Assembly: GCA_002269645.1 (NCBI GenBank)
Contig: NIVC01002245.1
Coordinates: 124,001-188,000 of the forward strand
Reading direction: 5' to 3'
Length of the DNA: 64,000 bases
DNA from: Macrostomum lignano
Taxonomy: Eukaryota
Shown piece by piece: positions 11,531 to 24,603 of this stretch. The translations under genes were made by a program, and so were the position numbers. The notes under the pieces were generated by a model. The model searched no databases. It saw nothing but the letters and a program-made list of their open reading frames with translations, and was not told the DNA's origin. The first letter of the stretch is position 1. The number at the start of each line of letters is the position of its first letter.

Positions 11531-14500
11531 ATGTACTGCGAATCGAACAGGGCAGAGCTCAAATTGGCATTACGAGACGGCGACCTGAAAGCAGCAGAGA
11601 GGCTGCTTACTGTCCAGCCCCATTCTGCTGATGCTGAAGATCCCGATGGAAGCCGACCGCTGCATGTGGCAGCGGCATTCTGCGCTCCTGCTGTGCGGCT
11701 GCTGCTTAAGCACGGCGTCGGGCTCGACTGTCCTTCTGACAAGAAGGTCGGCTCGCCGCTGTTTGTTGCCGTCTTCTGCGACCAGTTGGACGCCGTCGAG
11801 GTGCTGATTCGCGCTGGCGCCGATGTTCATTTTTGCAGCACCGGCTCTCCAGCTCTCTGGGTGCTGGCCGCGGCTTCAAGACTAGCGAAGACACCGAGTG
11901 AGCAGGAGAAGCGCATTTTAAGTCAAATGCGACTCACCCTGACTGAACTGGCCATGCTCAGGGGCCACCGAGAGATACTGAATCTGCTCTTATCGATGGG
12001 CGCGGATTTCACAACAGCAAAGGACAACGGATTTGCAGCGATTCAAATTGCGGCTTTGTGTGGCAGAATGGAACTGACCGACTGCCTGGTTGGAGTGCTT
12101 TTGGAATCGCAAAAGCGGAACGAGCTGTACGCATCACCGCTTCACCTCGCCGCTAAGAGAGGTCTCCTGGAGTTTGTTCGATTTCTAATAAGATCCGGAG
12201 CGAATGTTGATCTTCAGCTCCGCTGCTCAAACGCAACGCCTTTGTACATCGCTGCTCAGCACGGACACGCGGAAGTGATTTCCTTATTAGCTGAGTCGGG
12301 AACGGACCTGAACTTCCAGACTAACAAAGGTCGTGCAGCCTTGCATGCAGCAGCCCAGTCAGGACGTGTCGAGTCTGCGCAAGCGCTCATTAAACATGGA
12401 GCCAACATAGATCTCGGGGACAAGGACGGCTGCACGCCGCTCATCATAGCGGCCCGTCACGGGCACACAGCCGTGATTACTGAGCTCTTGCAGGCAGGAA
12501 TTAAAATTGACCACCAGACTAAATTGGGAGCAACGGCGCTTTTAGTGGCTGCCAAGAATGGCAAACTCGACGTTGTACGCAAGCTGCTAGCATCCAACGC
12601 CAACATTAACCTGGCCGATTGCAAGGGCTTCAGTCCCCTGCATGCAGCGGCACAGAACTCTCAAGCCAACCTTGTCGATCTGCTTGTCGCAGCCGGAGCC
12701 AATATCGACAGCCTGACCAGAGCGGGCGACTCCCCGCTTTGCTTAGCGACCAGTAAGGGCCGCGTAGACGCCACCGTCAGTCTGATTCGTGCCGGGGCCT
12801 GCGGCAACTCTCTTTGGCCGAAGCCGCTATCGTCGCCAATGTTCGCAGCAGCAAAGGGAGGTCACATTCAGGTGATTGAGAAACTGATTGGGGCTCAGGC
12901 GGATGTTGATGTCCAGACAAAAAAAGGATCACCTCTCATGATTGCCGCTAGGAATGGTCATATCGCTGTCGTCGCAAGTCTGGTTCAGGCCGGAGCAAAC
13001 TTGAACCAGCGAAACCGCCGGAAAGAATCTCCATTGCTTGTTGCACTGGAGAACGGCCACACTAAGGTTGCGAAGTTGTTGATCCAGTCGCAGGCAACCA
13101 TAGAGCCTTGGTTGACAGCTCTTGCCATGAGTGCCTTGCCGAGCAGTATCTCTGCATCTGACAGCTCAGACACGAGCCTGATGGATTCTTGCGAATCTTT
13201 GAGCTCCGAAATGAGGCTTGCCGGTTTCACAGCAGCGAACGCCGCAATGCAAAGCAGGATTGCGGCCACCCTAGAATTCATCCAAAAGCAAAGGCTGCCT
13301 TCTGATCAGTTCTCCATCGTTGGTAGCTTCTCTGATGGATGGGGCATGTGCTTTACGCAAAACGATGGAAAGCTGGACCCGGATTCAGACATCGATATGA
13401 CAGCGCTACAGCAAGGCCCTGTGGTGAAAGTCTGCTCCGAACATAGCTATAGCGACGGGCACATCGAGATTGATATCTCAGGTAGGAGTAACCGGTCTAA
13501 TTTACAAACAATCGATCATTATCATCATGCACCCTGTTACTTCCGTTCCAGTTTCTGAGCCAAGTGTCACTCAAAATGGATCAATGCTTCGACCGAATAT
13601 GGACTTTGTGACTGCGTATCCACTCAGTGAGTATCCCACGATCGCTGTGCTGCAGTCTGGCTATCAGTCGTGCATTCCGTCCAACATTCTGAAATCGCTC
13701 GCGGACGAGCTGAAAAACTCGCCATGCCATTTGGTTGCCGCAGCGCCGCCAGGGCTGAGTGGCAAACGAATGCGAGTCAGCACCAACCTGCTTGAGAGGC
13801 GGCTCATGCAGAGCCTAACCGACGAGCAGGGCCAGGTTTTCGTGCTGCTGAAATACATTATCAAAAAAGTAATTTCCGCTAAAGTGAATGGACTGAAAAC
13901 GTACCACGCCAAGAACACTTTCTTCTTTATGCTCGACGGGACGCCAAGAGAACACTGGACTAAAGAGAGTCTTCATGAGCTGGTGAGACGATCGTTGGAG
14001 CTTCTGCTTAAAAGAGGTTTTCACAACACAAGAACTGACTTCTGTTCACCGCATCAGTGCATGCAACACTTTTTCCTGCGAGATGCATTTGTTTATCTGC
14101 ACCGCAATCACCACCCCAAGTCGGAAATCCGAAGAGCCATTGAAGAAGTTATTTGCAATCTTTCTACTGCACTGGAAGAATTTCGACAAGGACTCTGCAA
14201 AAATCCTTCTATGGAGTTCCAGTTTCACCCGTTTCTTCTACTGCCCGTGCTGGAAGAGCGGTCATTTCCTACAGCTGAGCTGCAGTACCACGATACCTAC
14301 GATGTTATCAAGTATGTCCTCTTGTCGCTGGCTGATGACAACTTTGAAAAGACCATCAAAGAGGAAATCAACAGCATACCTGATTGGGCCAGAACTGCTC
14401 GAGAGTGCCTCAGAGCGATGGCGCTCATGAGGACTGGCAAAAGCGGCTATTCACTCGTCGCCCCGGTCAGCACCGTCAGCAAGTCCATCCCGAGCTCGGT

Positions 14501-14963
14501 GGAGGACGTCCTCCGTTATCTTCAGACCAACGACTCAGCTTGGAAATTCTATTTCCGATTTCACAAGAAAGTCGAGTTCAAGTTTCTTCCAGCCTATCTG
14601 AGAGAGATTTTTCCACTGAGTCGGGGAAGTCGCGACCAGGCGAGCTACATCAATTTCGACGCGCTGTCCAAGGCGCTCCGCCTCGAGTTCATTCGAAAAC
14701 AACCGAATGGCAATGAAAAAGCAGCTGAACTCTTCAACACATTTTCTTGGGACTACGGCGATCCCCAGGATCTGGGGCTGTTGCTGCATTACTGCCTGCA
14801 GCACAGCATCAGCAATGAACAGCTAATGGGAGTTTTCGACAGGCGTAGGAAGAGAATCACGGCTGCTCATCTGAGTAGGCTGGTCTCGACTTTATTGGAT
14901 GCTCAGGTAGGCGCTTTTTGTTTAGCATTAATTGGTTTTAAAAACAATTTTCATAGCTCATAA
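11531..14963 (+). CDS. Ankyrin-repeat + cGAS-like (Mab21/cGLR) nucleotidyltransferase, about 1120 aa; exons 11531-13481 and 13552-14963 (possible further donor at 14907)
   Basis: About 13-15 ankyrin repeats (TPLxxAAxxGH...LL..GA), then VGSFSDGWG...DSDID, a third acidic residue in NMDFVTAY, and CHLVAAAP...RVSTNLLERRLM and LKTYHAKNTFF...W...L...CMQHFF (Mab21 C-lobe). The 70-nt GTAGGA...TTCCAG intron joins the two ORF-track frames in frame. Confidence 0.85.
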
Positions 14964-15856
14964 ATATCGATTACATTGAATTACTTGCTGTATTGGTTTG
15001 ATCTACGTATTTCGATTAACTTCAGCCCAACCTGAAGCATAAACTGATAGAAAATACTCTTCGCCGACCTTCTGGAGCCAGTCTAGCTACTGACATCGTG
15101 GCAACGCGTGAGTAGTATTGCTCTTACTCAACTGAAAGAGTGAAAGCGGATTTCTCGAATCATCGTTCATAAATAATCAATAACATTTTTAGATGAACTT
15201 GCGGGTTCCATGGGGACAAAACGACAGCCGCCGGCACCAGTCAAGAGCGGTCAGTCCAGCGACGTTCGCGCCAACCAAGCAGACAATGAGGACAAACAAG
15301 GCCACCAAAATTCTAATAAAGTCGTTAAACGCAGGCAGTCGTTCACCCACGCCAGATACAAAAGGGAGGCCGCACACTCGGCAATAATCAGACAAGGCTG
15401 CGTTAGTCTGTTTGATTCGAATTGGAGAAAAGAGTTAGACTTCGCTAAGTAGGGCTCTAGGGCTGCTAGGGGTAAAATGATGGGACATTCCGATCCTTGG
15501 AATTTTCTCCTAACACAGTCTGTTGCATCGAAAGTTTCTTGCAATTTTCAATGATTCTGCATGTTTATTTACAACTTGTTACTTTCAGTAGCATTCGCTA
15601 TTGCTAATACACAATGTAGTGGTCAATAGCGCCTCTACAGTTAAAATACACGAATGAATGGGGCAGCCTGCCTAGCATGTGTTTTTCCAACGCAATACGA
15701 ATTCATTAACACGCCTCTGAAGTTCTGTACAGACAGTGTACTGAAACTCCAATGTATTTAGCGAGCCTCACCACCACATCAACAGTTCCTAAGCGCATCA
15801 AAGTACCAGCTCAAAGCACTTCGACAAGGTCAAATAGGAAGTGCCGGCCCCAGAGC

Positions 15857-16070
15857 TCAGCCCAGCAGGATCTTAAACAGCAGAGGGTTGTCCCTCTGCA
15901 TTTGGTCCCGCAGGCCCGGGAAGCGCTGCATGGCGTCAATCACCTTAGCCAGAATCTCCATGTAGTTGCCGTTGGTCCGCACCTCCTTCACCTCCGGCAC
16001 GAAGCGCTCAACCCAGTCGATGGCGTCCCGGACCATCGGGTCCATTCCGTCTGCAATGTGGGCCACTTTG
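15857..16070 (-). CDS. Orphan terminal exon of an unidentified gene or gene relic
   Basis: Minus-strand acceptor TTTTCCTGCAG, followed by a GC3-rich open frame KVAHIADGMDPMVRDAIDWVERF...LLFKILLG*. No upstream exon identified. Confidence 0.4.
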
Positions 16071-16499
16071 CTGCAGGAAAATTGCTCAGTGATTTGCCCC
16101 CGGACTCATCGGAATGCTAGAATACTATAATTGTTTTGCTTTGTGCATCCCCAGCCGACCGCCCTGTGTTTGCCTGGCGGGTTTGGCCCCTCCTCCAGTT
16201 TTTCCTAGCCTGCCAGCACCACCTGGGCCCGGGTTTGGGGGCTTATGACTCCACCCTTTTTTGGGGGTTTGGGGGTGGCTGTTCCCTCTGCCCCGGCCCT
16301 TGCGCTGCGTTCCCCCGTCTACTAGTAGCGGGTCTCTGATTGGTCAGTAAACTTTCTCTCCTGAGTCAGCCACTGGGCAATGAACTTTCGCTGCTCAGAG
16401 AGTAGCTGCGTCGGCAAACTCTTGCGGCCGGTCAGGAAGCAGGGGTCGGAGCCAGGATGGGTGTCTTCAGTCAGGGGTCCCCGTCCCGGGTCTCAGTCT

Positions 16500-17072
16500 A
16501 GGCCTCTCAATTCTGCCCATTCCGCTGACTACTGAGCATATGACTCCTGCGCCAATGCTGTACACAGGCACGCACTCATGCACACGCTCACGCAGTGTAT
16601 ACAGCGGCCCTGACTTTCTAATAGTCAGGCATGTACACTCTCTGCGCCCTGGAACTTGGTCCCCATGCGTGCGTGCACTCTCTGCGCCTTGGGACTTGGT
16701 CCCCATGCGTGCGTGCACTCTCTGCGCCTTGGGACTTGGTCCCCATGCGTGCGTGCACTCTCTGCGCCTCGGGACTTGGTCCCCATGCGTGCGTGCACTC
16801 TCTGCGCCTCGGGACTTGGTCCCCATGCGTGCGTGCACTCTCTGCGCCTCGGGACTTGGTCCCCATGCGTGCGTGCACTCTCTGCGCCTTGGGACTGGTC
16901 CCCATGCGTGCGTGCACTCTCTGTGCCTCGGGGGTTGGCCTTCATGGCTGTAAACTGTACTAAAACCCGATTTTCCTGCAAAAGCGCCAAATTAATTTGG
17001 CCGCTCGCGGAGTCGAACCAGTGGGTCGTTTTGGCGCGAAAGTCAGACGCGTTTACCGCTGAGCTGTTCGGC
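16500..17072 (-). mobile_element. tRNA-derived SINE copy with an internal 40-bp tandem expansion (16633-16935, about 7.5 units)
   Basis: Minus-strand head at 17072-16999 has A box AGCTCAGCGG and B box GGTTCGACTCC. The body matches copies at about 40.1, 45.8, 52.1, 53.3 and 55.2 kb. Confidence 0.7.
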
Positions 17073-17924
17073 AAATATGCTAGACAAAAAACCGGATCAA
17101 AACACCAATTACGGATCAGGTCAACTTACAATCAGCCTCAGCCACTGCGGCAGCGGCGCAGAGAACAGCAATGATGAAAATTTTCATTATGCAATTAATG
17201 ATTTCAAATCAGCTTAACGTCGGATTGTCAGCTCGCTGCGGTAAAGACTGGCTTCTGTGCTTTAAATATGGCAGTCCCGGTCCCATAGATTACGGAATGC
17301 ACTGCTCCAGACATTCATTCCGTGACAGGAACCAGCAATCTGGGCTTACTCAAAATTTGCTGCGATTCCCAACTGCTTTCTACGTGCCGATATAGCAAAC
17401 AGCTTCTTGCACGAGTGCTTTGGTTGCAAAATTTGCTTTCGTTTAGCTTATGCTTGATAAAAGTACAATCCCTAGGGCCGCGTGAGATTTTCGCACCTGA
17501 ATGGCGTCTGCGCTTGCAGTTGAGCGGCTGCGTAAACTTCTTAACATCATTTGTAATTTGAGACATCATTTTTCTTTTCGTTTGGACAAACGCGTGCTTC
17601 TTGCTAGAACTTGCGAGAACTGAGGGACTACTCTTAGTAGCTGCGTCCGAGTGTCGATAACCGCTTCGTGTTTGGAGGCAATTGTCGAGCAAGTATTATC
17701 GGTATAATAACGAGAAAAAATTTACCAAGTTTATTGATTTTTTCAAAAAGCTAATACCGACGAAGGACGCCCACCTGGTGTAACTGTACTCTGATATGCA
17801 TTTAATGTCGATTCATGAAATCATGCAGCTTGAGAAACGCAAATATAGTTTAGTTTCCTTGTGGATGAAAGAATAACGGATTAGTAATCTGGCCGCTTTC
17901 GGTGGGTTCAAGTGTGTTTTTCTA

Positions 17925-18930
17925 ATAGACATTTCACCGTTTGGTTTTCATGTAGACATTACACCGCTTGGTTTTCATGTAGACATTACACCGCTTGGTT
18001 TTCATGTAGACATTACACCGCTTGGTTTTCATGTAGACATTACACCGCTCAGTTTTTCATGTAGACATTACACCGCTCAGTTTTTCATGTAGACATTACA
18101 CCGCTTGGTTTTCATGTAGACATTACACCGCTTGGTTTTCATGTAGACATTACACCGCTTGGTTTTCATGTAGACATTACACTGCTTGGTTTTCATGTAG
18201 ACATTACACCGCTCAGTTTTTCATGTAGACATTTCACCGCTTGGTTTTCATGTAGACATTACACCGCTTGGTTTTCATGTAGACATTACACTGCTTGGTT
18301 TTCATGTAGACATTACACCGCTTGGTTTTCATGTAGACATTACACTGCTTGGTTTTCATGTAGACATTACACCGCTCAGTTTTTCATGTAGACATTACAC
18401 CGCTTGGTTTTCATGTAGACATTACACCGCTCAGTTTTTCATGTAGACATTACACCGCTTGGTTTTCATGTAGACATTACACCGCTTGGTTTTCATGTAG
18501 ACATTACACCGCTTGGTTTTCATGTAGACATTACACCGCTCAGTTTTTCATGTAGACATTACACCGCTTGGTTTTCATGTAGACATTACACCGCTTGGTT
18601 TTCATGTAGACATTACACTGCTTGGTTTTCATGTAGACATTACACCGCTTGGTTTTCATGTAGACATTACACCGTTGGTTTCATATAAACATTACACCTC
18701 TAAGTTTTCATGTAGACATTCTACTGCTTGGTTTTCATGTAGACATTACACCGCTTGGTTTTCATGTAGACATTACATCGCTTGGTTTTCATGTAGACAT
18801 TACACCGCTTGGTTTTCATGTAGACATTACATCGCTTGGTTTTCATGTAGACATTCTACTGCTTGGTTTTCATATAGACATTACACCGCTTGGTTTTCAT
18901 GTAGACATTACATCGCTTGGTTTTCATGTA
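17925..18930. repeat. 27-bp minisatellite (TTGGTTTTCATGTAGACATTACACCGC), about 36 copies
   Basis: Period of 27 read directly. Confidence 0.95.
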
Positions 18931-18949
18931 AGGAAAGCACTCAAAGGAA

Positions 18950-19629
18950 AGCATTCTGATTACTGTTACTGGAAGAATTACTGAACCAAATGGAGTGTTC
19001 ATGGAAAAACTAGAGCAATCCATTCGATTGGATGCTGGGCAAATTATCATGTTTATCTGAATGATTTTACAGGCTGGTCGAATGTTCCTAATGTGACCCT
19101 GGCAAATAACAAGTTCTATTACAAATGGAAAGGTGTGACAAGGTGTGGATAGTTATAATTACTTCTTGGGAAATGTTTTTACCAAACGAAAGCATTTTGA
19201 GATACCGGATGCGAGTAGACCAGAGAATAAACTGTTCCCTGTTAAACTATCCCATGATCTCACTGTAATAAGAGTGATCCTGCAAGTTCATAAGGATGCA
19301 GAGTCGGGTTTTGAGGCGAAATTTTATAAAGAGGGTTTATTCTTTGCCCCAAATATCGCTGAAATTATCAAAGGTTTAAATATTTTAATTTGTAGTAATT
19401 TGAGTTTCGATTGGGTTTTTAAAGGTAAAAAGGACAAATGTACTTTTAATGTTTCAAATTCTGTTGCTGGCGGTTAGATGCTGGTAGAGAAACCTAATCC
19501 AGTGAAGAGGGTTGTTCTGAGTATAAAGAAATCAATGAGACTGCTCTTCAGTTTGAAACAGAGGATGGAGTGGGTGTTGATTTCAATGGTGAAGAGTTTG
19601 CGCTAACGATTGCGATTGAGAGAATTTGA
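18950..19629 (+). pseudogene. Decayed Polinton/Maverick (adintovirus-like) penton / minor capsid gene
   Basis: AT-rich frameshifted fragments YHVYLNDFTGWSNVPNVTLANNKFYY, NILICSNL, LVEKPNP and INETALQFETEDGVGVDFNGEEFALTIAIERI* resemble the N- and C-terminal penton motifs (from memory, no search run). Confidence 0.55.
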
Positions 19630-19727
19630 TGTTAAAATAACTAAATAACTAATTTTCTGCGGTGAGCTGTGCTTGACTTTTTTGTATGCAATGGCGAAAA
19701 CCAGAAAGAGCCACAAAGAAATTGTTC

Positions 19728-19830
19728 TAGGGTTTAGGTGTCAGGTGTTGGGTTTAGGTGTCAGGTGTTAGGTTTAGGTGTCAGGTGTTAGGTGTTGGGC
19801 TTAGGTGTCAGGTGTTGGGTTTTGGGTTTT
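19728..19830. repeat. Short G/T-rich repeat (GGTTTAGGTGTCAGGTGTT), about 4 degenerate units
   Basis: Read directly. Confidence 0.7.
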
Positions 19831-20719
19831 GGGTGTTGGTTGGTAGGGTGTTGATTTTTTGCTGTCCGAGGTTTCAAGGACAAAAAAACAAAACCCCTTT
19901 TCGATCAGTAGTTGTAAGCATTGCGATGAGGTGGTTGGTTTTAGGTGTTAGGGCATTATGTTTAGATAGATTTTAGTAGATGTTGATCTCAGGGGATTTA
20001 GTTGATTTCTGTCCTGGCTTTTTCCTCATGACAACTACTTATTTACGACGTACAACGAAGCGGTTGCTCCTCTCAAACCAACGGCCAAATCAGCAACGCT
20101 GACCCGAAAAGTTTTAAGAAAGTTCCAAGAAAGACTTTTAAAGATGGAGAAAAAAAGTACAGATGAATAAGAGGCAACTTGAAGAAAAGGAAGCAAGATA
20201 GCAAAGCTGTCAGCAGCCTCTCTAAAACGAGAGCACAGCTGGGGGGTGGCAGAGGGTGTTGCGACGGCTTGGTTTTGCAATCAACCTGCAGCCACAATTG
20301 CTCCAAGAGAGAGACATCGATCGATGAGATTGCCTGAGTATGAGGATGGATGAAGCTCTGCTGCCATCTAAGGCAAGCTCATTGTCCTTGTAAAGAAGGA
20401 AGAGACTTAGTTATCCTAGCAACCGGGAGTTGCACTTAAAGGCTTTGTTTTTCCTCACTTGTCCCAGCTAAATTGCCAGGGAACATTGTCACTCTGAATG
20501 CTGACTTAAAAATTAAAACTTGCATGGGAGCCGGTGCAGATTCAGAAATTCTCTCAGCAACACACTGACTTTCTGTGCGCCTGCGAGTTCCCTAACTGGA
20601 ACGTTGGCCTGTCGTGTAAGTTGACGCTGATATCGTAAATTGAATTTACTAAAAAAAGTATATGCTAACTTCGTAGAAAACTAAGTTGTCAAACTTGACA
20701 CACTCTGTAGACAACCAAA

Positions 20720-21478
20720 ATGCGACCGCTGCTGTTTCTGCTTCTGGGTCTCAAAATTAGTTGCGATGCAACTTGCGACTCTCCGAAAGCGACTTTCCAC
20801 CCGATCTCTGGCGCTGACTGCGTGACGTCCAGCTTCACCCACACCGTGTGGGGCTCGTGCGATCCGCTGTCCTGCAGCCTGCACTGCGCCAAGATGCCGA
20901 ACTGCCGGGCCTTCTCGCTGCCGGATGGCGACTGCCTCTGCAAGCTGTTCCTGTTCGACAAGTGCAGCCACCGAGTGCAGTCAGAGGCCAACTGCACTCA
21001 CCGAGTAACCGTGTACGTGAGATCGCTACCTGGAGTAGCTCCGGGTCGCCTGTGCCCACCCGGATACGAGTACTCTCAGTTCGGAACCTCATACAAGGTG
21101 TCGGCCTCACGTGCGACCAACTGGGCTGACGCTCTCTCCCGGTGCGACCAGGAGACCGGACTGTCGAAGTTCGCGGACGCTCTGGACTCCGACGAGTCCC
21201 GTCACCTGATGTGGATCAAGAACGTGTCGAACATCCCTGTAGAGACTTTGTTTCTGGGTGGCCACCAGATTCCGGGCTCTGCGAGCAGAACGGAAGGCTG
21301 GATCTGGGACGCCTGCAACGAGAGCATCCGGGCCGACGTCTGGGAGCCCGGGAGGCCGAACGATGGGTTGCCGACTCAGGGCTGTGCGGCTGTCTACGTT
21401 GATCACAATACTGGCATCGATGATTCCGGATGCTCTAGCAACCGGAAGTACCTCTGTGAGTGCCTGTCCGTGTTCTAA
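20720..21478 (+). CDS. Secreted PAN/apple + C-type lectin protein, copy 1 (252 aa, single coding exon; 5'UTR intron 20616-20710)
   Basis: Signal peptide MRPLLFLLLGLKISC, PAN-like CSLHCAKMPNCRAFS...C, and CTLD CPPGY...NWADA..C...LFLGG...GWIW...WEPGRPN...C...DD..C....YLCEC. Confidence 0.85.
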   Translation: MRPLLFLLLGLKISCDATCDSPKATFHPISGADCVTSSFTHTVWGSCDPLSCSLHCAKMPNCRAFSLPDGDCLCKLFLFDKCSHRVQSEANCTHRVTVYVRSLPGVAPGRLCPPGYEYSQFGTSYKVSASRATNWADALSRCDQETGLSKFADALDSDESRHLMWIKNVSNIPVETLFLGGHQIPGSASRTEGWIWDACNESIRADVWEPGRPNDGLPTQGCAAVYVDHNTGIDDSGCSSNRKYLCECLSVF

Positions 21479-24400
21479 ATTTATTGCACTGGACAGAAAC
21501 CGAAAGTCGCGAAGAACCACCAACTAATTGAGGATATTGTTGGCAAAAATTTATTGCTGTTCTATTAGAATTTTTGTTCTACGGCGCTGATATTTTAACA
21601 CCTGTTCGACTTGCTTAAAAACGGTTGTCCTTTGTTAATTTGACCATAAATCTTGACCATAAATACCGTGCTATCAGGTTATTTGCATATCTTAAAATAG
21701 TCTATAATACTTCACTGTATACTACTATATCAATGATCATGGATCGATTTTTTTTGTAACTAATAAATCTTTGTAAATCATTGATTTGATTGTTGAAAAG
21801 TCAAATGCGGATAATTTTTTTTGTCTAATCATATATGTGGTCTAATTCTTCTATGACTAATTTCGAATTTACATGATACTGCCATTGCATCTCTCTGCCA
21901 TCTCTCAATAAGCTTATTGTGTGGCGCTCATTGTATGACAAGTTTTATTAATAATATTACATCGCAAAAAGCGTCCGGTTTCTGCACCATTGTTTCTAAG
22001 TCGGCAATTTTGCACAAATATTGAAGATCATGGTGCATACTTCAAAATGGTAATTAATTTACTCGTAATATGGTACTTTATAACTATGTGAGTTAGTTAT
22101 AAAGTACGGAAAGATTCACTTCTTTAGGAACATCGAATTTCTATTTGGTCTTTGAGCGAAAAATACACTACCGAAATGGGTACCTTTCATTTTTCATAGC
22201 GAGCATAGATATAGTTTTCTGTTGGATGCAGATCAAATGCTTTATGAACATGTTTCCAGTTAGGGGTGCCTGGTAAGAGAAAGGAGAGAAGAGAAGAGAG
22301 AGTGGGGAGAGAGGGCAGAGAGAGGAGAGTGCAGAGAAGGGAGAGGAAGAGAAGAGGAAAGAGAGGAGGAGAGAGAAGAGAGAGGGGAGAGAGGGGAGGG
22401 GAGAGAGAGGGGAGAGAATGGGAAAGACAGGGAGAGAGGAGACTGAACGAGAAGAGGGGAGAGAAGAGTAAAAGAAGTGAGAAGAGACCAGCCTTGAGCA
22501 AGACTTGCTAGATTTAGAATTCCTTGCTTGAGCAAGCGGGATTGCTATTGTGAAGTTTCAAAGGACCCAAGGGCCGGATAGAGAGGCTTCGCGGGCCGCA
22601 TGGCTGGATGATTTGCCGACCTCTGGCTTACTTAGATATAGAAATTAAAAAAAATTCTTTCTGGTTTTATCCTATAGGCATTTTTCAAGGCTATAGTCTT
22701 TGTTTTGGCGTCCTTTGCGTTTGCTCTTAGCGGATTTCTCTCAACATCGACTTCTAACATACTAACAAGACGTGCCTAGCGTGCTGTCCTCACTCTTCCT
22801 CACTATCTCTCGTGCCGGGTCGGCTTGGACTCTCAGAGGCTGCAACTTGGCTTCGGCTTCCGTCTACAGTGAAATCTCGCCGGTCTCAAGCGAATCTGAG
22901 CCGCAATTGCAAAGTCAAAGGAGTTTGTAACCACTGGGGATTTCGACTCTGGGGCAGAACGGAGCAGATCCCGCGCTCCGCTCGTTCGTTTATAATATTC
23001 TCAACATCCCTCTCTTTTGAGGGGGTCAACGATGCATTCTGTTCTTCTCTGGGGCCTGGGCTTTCTCGGGAGTGCGTGGGCGGGACCGAGTTTAAATATT
23101 TAAAAGATAATGAAAAGCTGTTTTGAGAACTTTGCATGTAAAAGTGTAACAGATAAAGAGAGAGCGGAAAGAACGAGAAACAAATAGGAAAATGAAAATC
23201 TAGTGTATAAAATATTAACCGATGCATTTTAATTGTGGCATAAAGATAAGAACTAAGCTTCTTACTTGCAGTAGCTTGAGCTGGTTGTTTAGTTTTTACT
23301 CATTTATTTGCTAACAGGAGTGCTTGCGTAGATGGTGCTGAATAGTCATGCCAGTTGTTGTGCTTTAAAGCTACCTGGTATAAGCTATAAAAACTCAATA
23401 TAAAGACGAGAGACGGCCGGTTGATCAGCCAAGTGACATTCTTCAAGAAGCAATTCAAAAGACGAATTGCAAACTGGCGGATCAGCTCTCTTGGGCGATG
23501 AACTGTGCAGCAGAAGCCTTGTGTTTGGGTTGCACTTTGGTTTTCACGTTGTTTCACTCTCTCTCTCCCTCCCCCGTGGCTAATCATTCTTGCGCACTAT
23601 CGCTTTAACCCTACCCGTTTGTACATTTACGCTTGCCAGTGTGCATGGTTTTAGCCCCCTGCCAATCAGAGGGCGTTTGTCCATTGATGTACGCGGTTTC
23701 GTGTTATGAAGTCAAATAAATAGTTTCGTCACTTCGGTATGGTTCTGTTCGTATTGTGACGATTAAATGGCAGACTCAGGATCAAATAATTAACGAAGGC
23801 GAATACACAGAGGCAAATTGTGTAGCGGTAGCACTCGGTGATATTGACGAATGATGCGGCAATGGCCGTAGTTCTCATTTATTGTACCCGTATGGGCGGA
23901 TAGTTAGGGCTCGTTTGTTATCAATTCCGTCTGGGTAGTCAATAGAGATGGGCCTGAGTATTTGCTGAATCCGTAAGGAATGCACTGGGCGGCTGCGCAA
24001 CAATAAGATAGATGATAGAGCGAGTTGATGAGCCTGAGGCAATGGCGGTGATGGAAAGGCAGTGATCGTATGGTTGCGGTACTCGTGGCAAGAACCCCGT
24101 ACGAACGGTGGCGGTGGCGTGATCGAGAATTGGCAGAGGCGTGGCTTAGAACTGTGGCGGAGCGAGCGAGAGAGAGAGGGGCGAAGAGCAGCCGGAGGAG
24201 AAAAGAAAAAGCCTAACCCCGGGCGCCCCAGCCAGACAGGACTGATAACGAGCGGGCTGGGGGTGGGTGCACGACAAAAGCTTAATTTCAGGCTAGCATA
24301 ATATATGCGCGGCTTTCCTATTGGCCGGCGCGAAAACCAACTTTGAAAACAGAAATTATCGATCGCATTGTACATGGGCTTTACGAACGTCCCGCAATGT

Positions 24401-24603
24401 TGTTAAAATTCCTTGGGCATTACTATAAGCAGACGTTAGAGTACGAGATCATCAAATGAACAATATTATAGAATGGCACTGCTTTCGCTAAAACGGCCCT
24501 TGTCGGGGCCACCTCAACTGACAACGTCACAGTATCTATTCTCCTTCGATTGCAAACATGACTTGACTCAGTTTTGCCTGGACTAACACCTTGCGTCGGA
24601 AAG

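Noticed and set aside
13470-13558. Frameshift or pseudogene call for the ANK-cGLR gene
   Set aside because: A 70-nt GT-AG intron restores the frame exactly.
19728-19830. Interstitial telomere
   Set aside because: It contains TTAGG within a ~20-bp unit but not tandem TTAGGG.
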